Assembly: GCA_963737345.1 (NCBI GenBank)
Contig: CAVTSM010000005.1
Location: 334,064 to 398,063 of the forward strand
Length of the DNA stretch: 64,000 nt
Source of the DNA: an uncultured Pseudomonadota bacterium
GTDB taxonomy: Bacteria > Myxococcota_A > Polyangia > Fen-1088
Direction: 5' to 3'
Position 1 is the stretch's first letter. Every line of letters starts with the position of its first letter. The position numbers and the translations under genes are program-made. Under the pieces are notes generated by a model that saw only the letters and a program-made list of their open reading frames with translations, did not search any database and had not been told where the DNA came from. Positions 1-11,371 of this stretch are shown one piece after another.

Positions 1-153
1 CAATCTTCCGACGCTCCGCGATCGCTGATGGCCGGCAGTTCCGACCAGGGCGGTCCCACGGTTTTCTCCCCTTCGACCCCTTTTGCCCCGTTTTTGCCGA
101 CCGCGCGAGAAACCTGCCCACCATGGGCCGGCGCCCCGCGGCCATGGTGCAAC

Positions 154-1272
<1,119 letters not shown>

Positions 1273-1539
1273 TTAGGCGCTGAGCTGCGCGCCTTCGACG
1301 ATGCTGACGATCGTGCGCGGGCCCGACTTGGCGTACTTGACGGTGCCGTTCTTCAGCGCGAACAGCGTGAAGTCACGACCCATCCCGACGTTCGGGCCGG
1401 GGTGCACGACCGTGCCCACCTGCCGGACCAGGATGTTGCCGGCCAGAACTTCCTGGCCCGCGTGTCGCTTGATCCCGCGTCGCTGCGAGTTCGAATCGCG
1501 GCCGTTGCGGGAGCTTCCTTGACCTTTTTTGTGCGCCAT
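1273..1539 (-). CDS. rpmA: 50S ribosomal protein L27
   Basis: 88-aa ORF starting [16 protein letters not shown], the canonical L27 N-terminus. Confidence 0.95.
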   Translation of the reverse strand: MAHKKGQGSSRNGRDSNSQRRGIKRHAGQEVLAGNILVRQVGTVVHPGPNVGMGRDFTLFALKNGTVKYAKSGPRTIVSIVEGAQLSA

Positions 1540-1543
1540 CGGC

Positions 1544-1861
1544 TTAAGCCTTTGCCCGAATCGAGGTGATCTTCAGCGCCGTGAACGGCTGCCGGTGACC
1601 GGCCTTGCGGCGGTAGCTCTTGCGGCGCTTGTACTTGAAGATGATGATCTTCTTGTTCAGGCCCTGCTCGACGATCTCCGCCTCGACGGTGATGCCGCCG
1701 ACGGTGGGCTTGCCGACCTGGACCCCGCCCGCGTCGTCCGCGAACAGCAACGGGTCGAAGACCACCTTGGTGCCCGCCGGACCGGCGAGCTTCTCGACGC
1801 GCAGGGTTTCCCCCTCCGCGACGCGGTACTGTTTTCCACCTGACGCAATGACGGCGTACAT
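1544..1861 (-). CDS. rplU: 50S ribosomal protein L21
   Basis: 105-aa ORF starting [14 protein letters not shown], typical of L21. It lies immediately upstream of rpmA. Confidence 0.95.
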   Translation of the reverse strand: MYAVIASGGKQYRVAEGETLRVEKLAGPAGTKVVFDPLLFADDAGGVQVGKPTVGGITVEAEIVEQGLNKKIIIFKYKRRKSYRRKAGHRQPFTALKITSIRAKA

Positions 1862-1934
1862 CTGACTTGGGCCTCCCGGAAGCGGCGTAGTTTAGAGAGC
1901 GGCGTCCCCGTGTCAAGCACGGAGAGGGCCATGG

Positions 1935-3365
1935 TCAGCCAAGGAGCTTTTTCAGGATCTCGTTCACGGCCTTGGGATTCCCCTTCCCGCCGGTCTCTTT
2001 CATGACGGCGCCGACGAAAAAACCCATCAGCTTGGGGTTGCCGCGAAACCGGGCAACTCCCTCGGGATTCGCGGCGATCACGCGGCGGCAGGCCTCTTCC
2101 AGCGCGCCGCCGTCGGATACCTGGGCCAGGCCCTCGGCCGCGACGATCTCCTTCGCCCGGCGCCGATCGGTCCACATCTTGGCGAAGACGTCTTTGGCCA
2201 ACTTACCCGACAAGGTGTCGTCCTCGACCAGCGTGACCAGCTCGGCCAGCGCGCTGGCGGGTACCGGAACGTCGCCGTCGCCCAGCCGGCGCGGGTCGCC
2301 GACCCGGCCCAGCACCTCGTTGATGACCCAGTTGGCGGCGCGCTTGGCGGGCGCCCCGGCGGCCACGACCGCGTCGAAGTAGTCGGCGATCTCGCGCTCT
2401 GCGGCCAGCACGCCAGCGTCCTGCGCCGAAAGGCCGGCCGGACCCGAGTAGCGATCGAACCGGTCCTCGGGCAGCTCCGGCAGCGAGGCGCGCAGCTTGC
2501 CCTGCTGCTCTTCGCTGACCACCAGCGGCGGCAGATCCGGCTCGGGGAAATAGCGGTAGTCGTGGGCCTGCTCTTTCGAGCGCATGGCCTGCGTCACCCC
2601 GCGCGACGCGTCCCACAGGCGCGTCTCTTGGATGATGCGCTCGCCGCGATCCAGCAGCGTCGCCTGCCGCTTGACCTCGTGCTCGATGGCGTCGCGCACG
2701 TTCTTGAACGAGTTCATGTTCTTGATCTCGGTCTTCGTGCCGTAGGTCGTCGTGCCGCGGGGCCGCAGCGACACGTTGGCGTCGCAGCGCAGCGAGCCCT
2801 CTTCCATGTTGCCGTCGCCGATGCCCAGGTAGCGAACCAGCGTCCGCACGGCGCGCACGTACTCGGCCGCTTCTTCGGCCGAGCGCACATCGGGCTCGCT
2901 GACGATCTCGCACAGCGGGACACCGGCCCGGTTGTAGTCGACGAAGCTGACGCCGGCCGCGGCATGCAGATTCTTGCCGGCGTCCTCTTCCATGTGGATG
3001 CGCACGAGGCGGATGGATCGCGCCTCGCCGCGCAGGCGGAACTTGATGGCGCCACCCTCGCAGATGGGCTCGTCGAACTGCGAGATCTGAAATCCCTTTG
3101 GCAGGTCGGGATAGAAGTAGTGCTTGCGCGCGAACCGGCAGCGCGTGCGGATGTGGCAGCCGGCGGCCATCCCCAGGCGCACGGCCGATTCGACCGCCTG
3201 CCGGTTCAGCACCGGCAGCGTCCCCGGCATGCCCAGGCAGACGGGATCCGTCGACGCGTTCGGGTCGGCGCCGAACGCCGCCGACGACCACGAAAAGATC
3301 TTCGATTGGGTGGCCAGCTGGACGTGCACCTCCAGCCCGATCACCACCTCCCAGTCCGTCGCCAT
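1935..3365 (-). CDS. gatB: Asp/Glu-tRNA amidotransferase subunit B
   Basis: 476-aa ORF with the GatB N-terminus (WEVVIGLEVHVQL) and a C-terminal YqeY-like tail. It abuts the gatA stop. Confidence 0.95.
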   Translation of the reverse strand: MATDWEVVIGLEVHVQLATQSKIFSWSSAAFGADPNASTDPVCLGMPGTLPVLNRQAVESAVRLGMAAGCHIRTRCRFARKHYFYPDLPKGFQISQFDEPICEGGAIKFRLRGEARSIRLVRIHMEEDAGKNLHAAAGVSFVDYNRAGVPLCEIVSEPDVRSAEEAAEYVRAVRTLVRYLGIGDGNMEEGSLRCDANVSLRPRGTTTYGTKTEIKNMNSFKNVRDAIEHEVKRQATLLDRGERIIQETRLWDASRGVTQAMRSKEQAHDYRYFPEPDLPPLVVSEEQQGKLRASLPELPEDRFDRYSGPAGLSAQDAGVLAAEREIADYFDAVVAAGAPAKRAANWVINEVLGRVGDPRRLGDGDVPVPASALAELVTLVEDDTLSGKLAKDVFAKMWTDRRRAKEIVAAEGLAQVSDGGALEEACRRVIAANPEGVARFRGNPKLMGFFVGAVMKETGGKGNPKAVNEILKKLLG

Positions 3366-4850
3366 TTACGCGACCTCCGGCGGAAGGCGCTTGTGCCAAT
3401 CGGTCGCGGCCTCGTACGCGCCGGCGACGCGGAAGCAGATCTCTTCGCCCAACGCGGGGCCGATGGTCTGCAGCCCGATCGGCAGACCCGCCTTGGTAAA
3501 GCCGCACGGCTGGGAGATCGCGGGGATGCCGGCCAGATCCGGGGCCACGGTGAAGATGTCTGCCAGGTACATCTGCAGCGGGTCAGCCATGCGCTCACCC
3601 AACTTGAACGCCGGCACAGGCGAGGTGGGGGTGACGATGGCGTCGCACTGGGCGAAAGCCGCCGCGAAGTCGTCGGCGATCTTTCGGCGCGCCCGCAGCG
3701 CCTTGCCGTAGTAGGCCTCGTAGTAGCCGGCGCGCAGCACGTAGGCGCCCAGCATGATCCGCCGCTTCGGCTCGGCGCCGAAGCCCTCGCCGCGCGTGCG
3801 GGTGTAGAGCTCTTCGAGCGACCGCGCCTCGCCGGTGCGGTACCCGTACTTGACGCCGTCGTAGCGCGCCAGGTTCGACGACGCCTCGGCCGTGCAGACG
3901 AGGTAGTAGGTGGCGATCGCGTATTTGGTGTTGGGCAGCGACACCGGCACCACCGTCGCCCCCGCCTTGCCCAGCTCTTCGATCGCGGCGCGCACGGCTG
4001 CCTCGACCTCGGCGTCCATGCCGGGCTGGAAGTACTCCGCCGGCATGCCGAGGCGGACGCCCTTCAGCGGCGATCCACTTTGGCGCCCGGCGCGCGCCGC
4101 CTGCCGGTACGCGCCGACGGGTGCGGGGATAGACGTCGCGTCCAGCGGATCCGGGCCGGCCATGACCTCCAGCAGCGCCGCCGCGTCCTCGACCGTCCGG
4201 CCGAACGGCCCCGGGTGGTCCAGCGACGAGGCAAAGGCGATCACGCCATACCGCGAGACGCGGCCGTAGGTCGGCTTCATGCCCACGATCCCGCACAGCG
4301 ACGCCGGCTGGCGAATCGACCCGCCGGTGTCGGTGCCGATCGCGCCCGCGCACAGCGAGGCGGCAACCGCGGCCGCCGAGCCCCCCGACGAGCCGCCCGG
4401 CACGTGGGCCGTCGACCACGGGTTGCGCGTGGGCTTGACGGAGCTGTTCTCCGTCGAAGAGCCCATCGCGAACTCGTCCATGTTCAATTTGCCCAGCGCG
4501 ACGGCGCCGGCGGCGGCCAGGCGCGCGGTCACCGTCGATTCATACGGGGGGACGAAGCCCCGCAGGATCTTCGACGCGCAGGTCGTTTCGACCCCTTTCG
4601 TGCAGAAGATGTCCTTGATTCCCAGCGGCACGCCCGCCAGCGGCCCCGGATCGTGTCCGGCCTTCACGCCGGCGTCGACGGCGTCGGCGCTGCGCCGCGC
4701 CCCTTCGGCGTCGACCAGCAGGTAGCACCCGAGGCCGCCGTCCAGGCGCGCCACGCGGTCCAGGAACTGCTCGGTGACCTCGCGCGCCCGCAGCTTGCCC
4801 GACCGAACCGCCTCGGCGATGGCCAGCGCAGACGCCCCACGCGCCTCCAT
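3366..4850 (-). CDS. gatA: Asp/Glu-tRNA amidotransferase subunit A (amidase)
   Basis: 494-aa ORF with the amidase signature GGSSGGSAAAVA and the GatA-type IKDIFCTKG. Confidence 0.95.
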   Translation of the reverse strand: MEARGASALAIAEAVRSGKLRAREVTEQFLDRVARLDGGLGCYLLVDAEGARRSADAVDAGVKAGHDPGPLAGVPLGIKDIFCTKGVETTCASKILRGFVPPYESTVTARLAAAGAVALGKLNMDEFAMGSSTENSSVKPTRNPWSTAHVPGGSSGGSAAAVAASLCAGAIGTDTGGSIRQPASLCGIVGMKPTYGRVSRYGVIAFASSLDHPGPFGRTVEDAAALLEVMAGPDPLDATSIPAPVGAYRQAARAGRQSGSPLKGVRLGMPAEYFQPGMDAEVEAAVRAAIEELGKAGATVVPVSLPNTKYAIATYYLVCTAEASSNLARYDGVKYGYRTGEARSLEELYTRTRGEGFGAEPKRRIMLGAYVLRAGYYEAYYGKALRARRKIADDFAAAFAQCDAIVTPTSPVPAFKLGERMADPLQMYLADIFTVAPDLAGIPAISQPCGFTKAGLPIGLQTIGPALGEEICFRVAGAYEAATDWHKRLPPEVA

Positions 4851-5173
4851 CAGAGGTCCTCCTCGGCTGCGCCTCCGCCCGGCCCTGGGACGATGCGCGG
4901 CACCTGGAAGAAGCTGTCCTCGCGCCGGGGCGCGTTGGCCAGCGCCGCGTCGACGGGCAGCGAGGGCGCGACGCGGTCGTCACGCAGGGGGCAGTCGAAG
5001 GGGACGGCGTGGGTCATGGGTTCGACACCCGTGGTGTCGAGCTCACGCAGAGCGTCGACGTAGGTCAAAATCGCGCCCAAGTCGCCCGTCATGCGCGCGA
5101 CCTCCTGCTCGGACAGCGCCAACCGGGCCAGCAACGCCAGCTCCCGCACTTCGTCGGGGGTGATCCTGGACAT
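4850..5173 (-). CDS. gatC: Asp/Glu-tRNA amidotransferase subunit C
   Basis: 107-aa ORF with a GatC-like LARLALSEQE...LDT motif. Its end overlaps the gatA start by 1 nt. Confidence 0.85.
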   Translation of the reverse strand: MSRITPDEVRELALLARLALSEQEVARMTGDLGAILTYVDALRELDTTGVEPMTHAVPFDCPLRDDRVAPSLPVDAALANAPRREDSFFQVPRIVPGPGGGAAEEDL

Positions 5174-5256
5174 GGAGGCGCTCTACATACCATGCGCCTG
5201 CCGAATTGGCGTGTTGCGGGGGGTAACGTTATAGTGTTGAGTCCGGTTCGACGCCC

Positions 5257-6153
5257 ATGCCCTGTTCCCGCGCCGATCTCCGTGCCTTGTCGGCTGCCCT
5301 GGTGGCGGCGGTGGCCGTGGCATGCGGCTGCGACGCAGGCACCCGTCCGCCGGAAGCTGCCGCGCGGGTGACGGTCCCCTCCGCCGAGCTTTCGATCCGC
5401 TTCGACGTGGCCGAGGGACGCCGCCCGTCGGTGTCCGTGCTGGGATTCCGGGCCTCGGCGGCCGGTCCGAACGCGCCGGACGTGCTGGGGTTGGTCGATC
5501 CGCTGTGGACCGCCGCGCCCGACCAGGGCTGCGCGCTACACGACGTGGATCGGGCCGCCAGCGCGCTGGAAGCCCGGGGCGAATCCGTCGATCTCGAAGA
5601 GCTTTCGGGCGTGGGCGTCGGCTTCGGACCGGGCGAACCGCTGGTCCGACCTTTCCCGCGCGTTTTTCCCGACGTGGCGGGGGTGGTGGGCGGGGTCGTC
5701 GCCGAGTCGACCCCGCAGGGGCTGGGCGCCATGCCCGAACGGCTGAACGTGTACGGGGCCGAGTCGGAGCTGCCGGTTGCGGAGCTGGCGGTGCCTGCCC
5801 TGCCGCGCCTGGTGGCCGCCAACGGTACGGCGCCCGTCGCCGGCATGCGTATCGACGTCACCGAGGGCTTGACGCTGTCGCTGGCCAACGCCGCCGGCGC
5901 CCTGGTCGAGCTGCGCCCCTTCGGGGCGACAGTCGCGGTCATCTGCACCGTACCGCCCAACGCGAGCGAGGCGCAGGTCGGTGTTCCCCGGGCGCTGCTG
6001 GTCCACTTGCCCCGTGTTCATGGGCGCACCCGCGGCGTTCCGGTGTCGATCGAGGTCGCCCGTCGCCTGCGCGCCCGCGAACCGCTGACCGCCAGCGGCG
6101 CGCGCGTGTCCGTGGAGGTCCGCTGGGCGATGGCCGCGGAGCTGCAGCCGTGA
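5257..6153 (+). CDS. hypothetical lipoprotein
   Basis: 298-aa ORF with a signal peptide and lipobox (LVAAVAVACGC). No recognisable domain. Confidence 0.6.
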   Translation: MPCSRADLRALSAALVAAVAVACGCDAGTRPPEAAARVTVPSAELSIRFDVAEGRRPSVSVLGFRASAAGPNAPDVLGLVDPLWTAAPDQGCALHDVDRAASALEARGESVDLEELSGVGVGFGPGEPLVRPFPRVFPDVAGVVGGVVAESTPQGLGAMPERLNVYGAESELPVAELAVPALPRLVAANGTAPVAGMRIDVTEGLTLSLANAAGALVELRPFGATVAVICTVPPNASEAQVGVPRALLVHLPRVHGRTRGVPVSIEVARRLRAREPLTASGARVSVEVRWAMAAELQP

Positions 6154-6494
6154 GCCCCGGTCCCGTTCGTCGCGACACCCGCCTTCACGCCCGCGTCCCG
6201 CTGGAAATCGTGGTGACCATCTCCGACGTGGCGAAGCGGGTCCGCAAGCCCATCCGGTTGTCGTCGGTGGATTTGTCCGGGGGCGGCGCGTTCCTGCGCG
6301 CCGACGTGCTGTTCGAGGTCGGTGAGGTGCTGCTGGTCCAGTTCCAGCTGCCGGACGGGCATCAGATTCGCGGTCAGGGGCGCGTCGTCCGGGTCTCCCG
6401 CGGCGGACCCAAAGAACGCCCGGCTGGCATGGGCATCGAATTCGTCGACCTGCCGGCGGAAGATCGCGCGGCCATCGAAGCGCGATCGTCTTAG
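6150..6494 (+). CDS. PilZ-domain protein (c-di-GMP receptor type)
   Basis: Only the last 114 codons of track ORF 5322..6494 look coding. The GTG at 6150 overlaps the upstream TGA (GTGA). It carries the PilZ motifs RxxxR (RRDTR) and DxSxxG (DLSGGG). Confidence 0.75.
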   Translation: MSPGPVRRDTRLHARVPLEIVVTISDVAKRVRKPIRLSSVDLSGGGAFLRADVLFEVGEVLLVQFQLPDGHQIRGQGRVVRVSRGGPKERPAGMGIEFVDLPAEDRAAIEARSS

Positions 6495-6535
6495 CGAGAC
6501 ATTTCAGAGAACCGCAAGAGAACTGAGAGAAGCCG

Positions 6536-6901
6536 ATGGCCGAGACCCTGGAAGAGCTGACGTACGACTACGAAGACGAGGGGACGCTGGTCCGCAAAGA
6601 GCTGGATCGCGCCGTTTTGACCAAGGGTAGCTGGGCGACGATCATGTTTCTTTTCCAAGAGCTCGACCGCGCCAAGGGAAAGTTTCGGCCGCCCAAGATG
6701 GCCATCGTCCGGTTCAAGAAGGCCAAGGGGTCGTACCGGAAGCAGTCGTCGTTCAACATTTCGAACGAGAAGCAGGCCAGGCAAATCGCCGAGGTGTTCG
6801 AGCGCTGGTATCCCAAAATGGCCGAAGTCGCGGCGGCCGCCGGAGACGACGAAGAGACTGACGCCGGCGACGACGGCGCAGCCGCGGACGAAACCGACTG
6901 A
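6536..6901 (+). CDS. hypothetical protein with acidic C-terminal tail
   Basis: 121-aa ORF with good codon bias. The C-terminus is rich in D, E and A. No domain recognised. Confidence 0.55.
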   Translation: MAETLEELTYDYEDEGTLVRKELDRAVLTKGSWATIMFLFQELDRAKGKFRPPKMAIVRFKKAKGSYRKQSSFNISNEKQARQIAEVFERWYPKMAEVAAAAGDDEETDAGDDGAAADETD

Positions 6902-6918
6902 ATACCGTCGTCCTATTC

Positions 6919-7877
6919 GTGAACCCGCGCTCGCGCGCGAACCGGCGCAACCCGCGCATCGCCTCGGAGTTCCAGGCCTTGCTGGGCAGCGACGGCCGCG
7001 TCGTGGCGGCCATGACCCTGGAAGAGCTGGACCAGGCGACGGCCGCGCTGGCCGAGCAGGCGCCGGGGGTCATCGGCGTGCACGGCGGTGACGGCACCCT
7101 GCACAAGCTGGTGACGTCGCTGGGTCGCGCGTTCGGTGAACGGCCCATCCCGCCGATCGCGATCCTGGGCGGTGGCACGATGAACGTGGTCGCCGCGTCG
7201 CTGGGCATCCGGGAGCGCGCCATTCCTTTCGTGCGGCAGCTGGTCGAGAGCGCCCGCGGTGGCGCCACCTTCCAGACCTTGCGGCGCCGCTGCCTTCGGG
7301 TGAGCGATCATCTCGGCTTCATCTTCGGCAACGGTCTCATGGCCAACTTCCTGGGCGAGTACTACGGGACCGGTAAGTACGGGCCGGCGCGCGCCGCCTG
7401 GTTGTTGCTGCGGGCGTGCGGGTCGGCGTTGATTGGCGGGCCCTTCGTCAAGAAGCTGTTCAAGCGATTCGAGGGGACACTGGAGCTGGACGGCCAGCTC
7501 CTCGAGCGGACCTCGTTCGTCGGCGTGGGCGCGGCGACGGTGCGGGAGGTGGGCCTGGGGTTCAAGCTCAATCACCGCGCCGACGATGACCCGGAGCGGT
7601 TCGGATTCTTGGCCATCCACGCCCGTCCCATCGCCATCATCCCGGATTTCATTTCCGTGCACCGGGGCAAGGGCGTCGCCCCCAGCCGGGCCATGAGCGC
7701 CGTCGCATCCACACTGCGAGTGACGCCGAAAGGTGGAACGATGTCGTACACCATCGACGGTGACCTCTACCGTGCTCACGGACCGCTCGACATTTCAATC
7801 GGGCCGGCCATCCACTTCGTTCGACCGGCCGGTGCGTTGATCGTGGGGTCACGCGGCGATACCATGGCGGGCCCGCC

Positions 7878-7881
<4 letters not shown>
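6919..7881 (+). CDS. diacylglycerol/lipid kinase family protein (YegS/BmrU-like)
   Basis: 320-aa ORF with a GTG start. It has the DAGK catalytic motif VHGGDGTLHK and a second glycine loop, LGGGTMNVVA. Confidence 0.8.
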
Positions 7882-8669
<788 letters not shown>

Positions 8670-8720
8670 CGGCGGCCTCCGGGGTTGCGTCGGGCTCCAC
8701 TCGCTCGGTTCACTTTGCGG

Positions 8721-8835
8721 GCGGAGGGGGACGGGCAGCTCCTCGGCCTACGTACCCAAGGGGTTGGAAGCGGGCCGCGGAACAACAGAGCCGCGGCCCT
8801 CAACTTCGGCCGAGAAGCTCCCCGTCCCCCTCCGC
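8721..8835. repeat. 115-nt nested imperfect palindrome in a convergent intergenic region
   Basis: The 28-nt arms at 8721-8748 and 8808-8835 pair at 26/28 positions. An inner 9-bp stem pairs GGGCCGCGG (8772-8780) with CCGCGGCCC (8791-8799). Function unknown. Confidence 0.6.
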
Positions 8836-8942
8836 TCGCGCGTTCCACCTCGGCTCCGCTCCGCCAGGCCCAGAGCCGAGTTTCGCGCGGAGCGTAGCGC
8901 TGGTCTTCTCGCCCCCGCCGAAGAGTTGAGTGAGCGAAGCGG

Positions 8943-9926
8943 TCAGGCGGCCGGGACCAGGCCGGTGGGGGTCGCGACGGCGTCGATGACGTCGCCCGCC
9001 GCCACGGTGCCCGACCAGACGACCGCCCGGCGCACCCGCGCCCCCGCGGCGACCTGCGCGCCGGCGTCGACGACAGCGTCGGGGCCGACCTCCGCGCCGG
9101 CGGCGATCTCTGCGCCGGGGCCGATGCGCACCGGTCCGACGATGCGCGCGCCCGCAGAGACGCGCGCCTCGGGATCGATGCCCGCCAGCGCGCCGGGGGC
9201 ATCGCGCAGCAGCGCTGGATCGCGCAGCAGCGCCAGATTGCCGGCCAGATAGCGCTGGGGCGTCGAGTGCTCTGCGAAGTAGCCTGCCAGGGTGACGGCG
9301 CGGATGGTCTCGCCGTCGCGCAGTGCCGGGATGTACGCGTCGCGGATGAGATCCGAAAAGATCGGACGCAGGCGGGCGCGCAGGGCGGGCCCCAGCACCT
9401 GAACGCCGGTGAACATCCGCAACTTGACGGGTCCGTCGGCGGGGCGGGGCGATTGCGCCTCGAGGATGCTGACCACCCGCCCCGTCGCGTCCACGCCGAT
9501 TGCGCCCCAGCGCTGGGGATCGGGATCGTCTCGGAGCAGCATCGTCGCGGCGACGCCGTCCGCATGCGCGGCCACGAACGCGGGAAGGTCCAGGTCGGCG
9601 ACGACCTTGGCGTTCATGACCAGCACCGCGCCCGGTCCCAGCAGCGCCGCGGCGTTCGCCACGCCGCCGCCGGTTCCCAGAAGGTCAGCTTCGACGGCGT
9701 ATTCGACCGCCAGTTCGCCGGCCGCCGAGCGCCAGCTTTCGCCCACCGCCGCACGGACGAGGTCGCCCCGATGGAAAACGTTCACGACCGCGCGACGCGC
9801 GCCGGCGCGGGCCGCCGCGTGTAAGCCGAAGGTGATGGCGGGATGGCCGCAGATCGGGACCAGAGGTTTGGGAAGCGCCAGGCCCAGCGCGCCGAGCCGG
9901 GTCGACCGGCCCGCCGCCAGCAGCAT
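8943..9926 (-). CDS. NDP-sugar pyrophosphorylase-family nucleotidyltransferase with C-terminal left-handed beta-helix
   Basis: 327-aa ORF. The N-terminus LLAAGRSTRLG...PKPLVP is the nucleotidyltransferase signature. The C-terminus has hexapeptide-like repeats (GARIVGPVRIGPGAEIAAGAEVGP). Confidence 0.75.
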   Translation of the reverse strand: MLLAAGRSTRLGALGLALPKPLVPICGHPAITFGLHAAARAGARRAVVNVFHRGDLVRAAVGESWRSAAGELAVEYAVEADLLGTGGGVANAAALLGPGAVLVMNAKVVADLDLPAFVAAHADGVAATMLLRDDPDPQRWGAIGVDATGRVVSILEAQSPRPADGPVKLRMFTGVQVLGPALRARLRPIFSDLIRDAYIPALRDGETIRAVTLAGYFAEHSTPQRYLAGNLALLRDPALLRDAPGALAGIDPEARVSAGARIVGPVRIGPGAEIAAGAEVGPDAVVDAGAQVAAGARVRRAVVWSGTVAAGDVIDAVATPTGLVPAA

Positions 9927-9980
9927 GACTGACGTCTTCAGACGCGCCCTCTTGGCATGGAGTCATGGTATGCGATCGGC

Positions 9981-11291
9981 ATGAAGATTTGCGTGATCGG
10001 GACTGGTTATGTCGGGCTGGTGGCGGGGGCAGGGTTCGCTGACATGGGCAACGATGTGGTCTGCTGCGACGTCGACGCGCAGAAGATCGAAGGCCTCAAG
10101 CGGGGCGTGATGCCCATCTACGAGCCCGGCCTCGACAAGTTGGTCACCAACAACGCCGCCGAGGGGCGCCTCACGTTCACGACCGACGTCGGCAGCGGCG
10201 TCGCCGGCGCCGAGGTGGTGCTGCTGGCCGTCGGAACGCCCCCCGGCCCAGACGGATCGGCCGACCTGTCGTACATCATGAAGGCCGCAGCAGACGTGGC
10301 CGACGCGCTGACGGGTTGGGCGGTCATCGTGACCAAGTCCACCGTCCCCGTCGGCACCGGCGACAAGATCGAGGCGACGATCGGCAAGCGGACCAAGCAC
10401 GAGTTCGCCGTCGCCTCGAACCCCGAGTTCCTGAAAGAAGGGGACGCGCTCTCGGACTTCATGAAGCCGGACCGCGTCGTCGTCGGGACCAGCGACAAGC
10501 GCGCCATCGAGACGCTGAAGGCGCTCTACGCGCCTTTCACGCGCACGAACGATCGCATGCTGGTGATGGACCGCCGCTCGGCCGAGCTCACCAAATATGC
10601 GGCGAACTCGATGCTGGCCACCCGCATCTCGTTCATGAACGACCTGGCGAATCTCTGCGAGGTTCTGGGCGCCGACATCGAGCTGGTGCGCAAGGGCATG
10701 GGCTCGGACGGCCGGATCGGGCCCAAGTTCCTGTTCGCCGGCCCGGGTTTCGGCGGCAGCTGCTTCCCCAAGGATCTGCGCGCGGCCATCAGCACCGGCC
10801 GTGAGGTCGGCTACAAGCTGGAGGTGTTGGACGCCGTCGTGGCGGTCAACGAGCGGCAGAAGCGCCGCCTGGGCGAAAAGGTGACGACGCACTTCGGCGG
10901 CAACCTGAAAGGGAAGAAGATCGCGGTCTGGGGACTGGCGTTCAAACCGGGCACCGACGACATCCGCGAGGCGCCGGCGCTGGTGCTGATCGACCAACTC
11001 CTGTCGGCGGGTGCGACGATCTGTGCCACCGACCCGGTGGCCATCGGCGCGGTCCGCAAGCAGCTGGGCGATCGCATCACCTACGAAGAGGCGCACTACG
11101 AGTGCGCACGTGGCGCCGACGCGCTGGTGCTGGTCACCGAATGGCACGAGTTCCGGCGGCCTTCGTTCGAGCGGTTGAAGTCGCTGCTGAACCAGCCCGT
11201 CATCTTCGACGGACGCAACGTGTGGGATCCAGCCGAGCTACGCGCGGCCGGGTTCAAGTACTACGGCATCGGGCGCGGCAAAGACGCGTAG
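9981..11291 (+). CDS. ugd: UDP-glucose 6-dehydrogenase
   Basis: It has the Rossmann start MKICVIGTGYVGLV and the catalytic-Cys motif GGSCFPKD. I chose the start at the second ATG of track ORF 9957..11291. Confidence 0.9.
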   Translation: MKICVIGTGYVGLVAGAGFADMGNDVVCCDVDAQKIEGLKRGVMPIYEPGLDKLVTNNAAEGRLTFTTDVGSGVAGAEVVLLAVGTPPGPDGSADLSYIMKAAADVADALTGWAVIVTKSTVPVGTGDKIEATIGKRTKHEFAVASNPEFLKEGDALSDFMKPDRVVVGTSDKRAIETLKALYAPFTRTNDRMLVMDRRSAELTKYAANSMLATRISFMNDLANLCEVLGADIELVRKGMGSDGRIGPKFLFAGPGFGGSCFPKDLRAAISTGREVGYKLEVLDAVVAVNERQKRRLGEKVTTHFGGNLKGKKIAVWGLAFKPGTDDIREAPALVLIDQLLSAGATICATDPVAIGAVRKQLGDRITYEEAHYECARGADALVLVTEWHEFRRPSFERLKSLLNQPVIFDGRNVWDPAELRAAGFKYYGIGRGKDA

Positions 11292-11309
11292 GCGCGCGCC
11301 CCGGCGCCG

Positions 11310-11352
11310 GTGTGACCGGCGCTGGCGCTCGTGCGGCTGACCGCGGTCACAC
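11310..11352. terminator. hairpin between convergent ugd and the IstA-like gene (possible bidirectional terminator)
   Basis: A 9-bp stem pairs GTGTGACCG (11310-11318) with CGGTCACAC (11344-11352). There is no U-tract, so support is weak. Confidence 0.25.
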
Positions 11353-11371
11353 GGGGCGACGCGTAGCCGGA

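Noticed and set aside
2562-5063. Very long ORFs antisense to, or out of frame with, real genes. Examples: 2562..5063, 13599..15485, 42486..44840, 57274..58887, 61752..63134, 22537..24027 and 25626..26861.
   Set aside because: They overlap genes with clear conserved motifs on the other strand or in another frame. Their translations are Arg/Gly/Pro/Ala-rich low-complexity text, as expected from stop-codon-poor high-GC DNA.
5322-6494. The 390-aa ORF as a single gene.
   Set aside because: Its first ~276 codons overlap the better-supported lipoprotein gene in another frame and are Arg/Gly-rich. Only the terminal PilZ domain, from GTG 6150, is credible.
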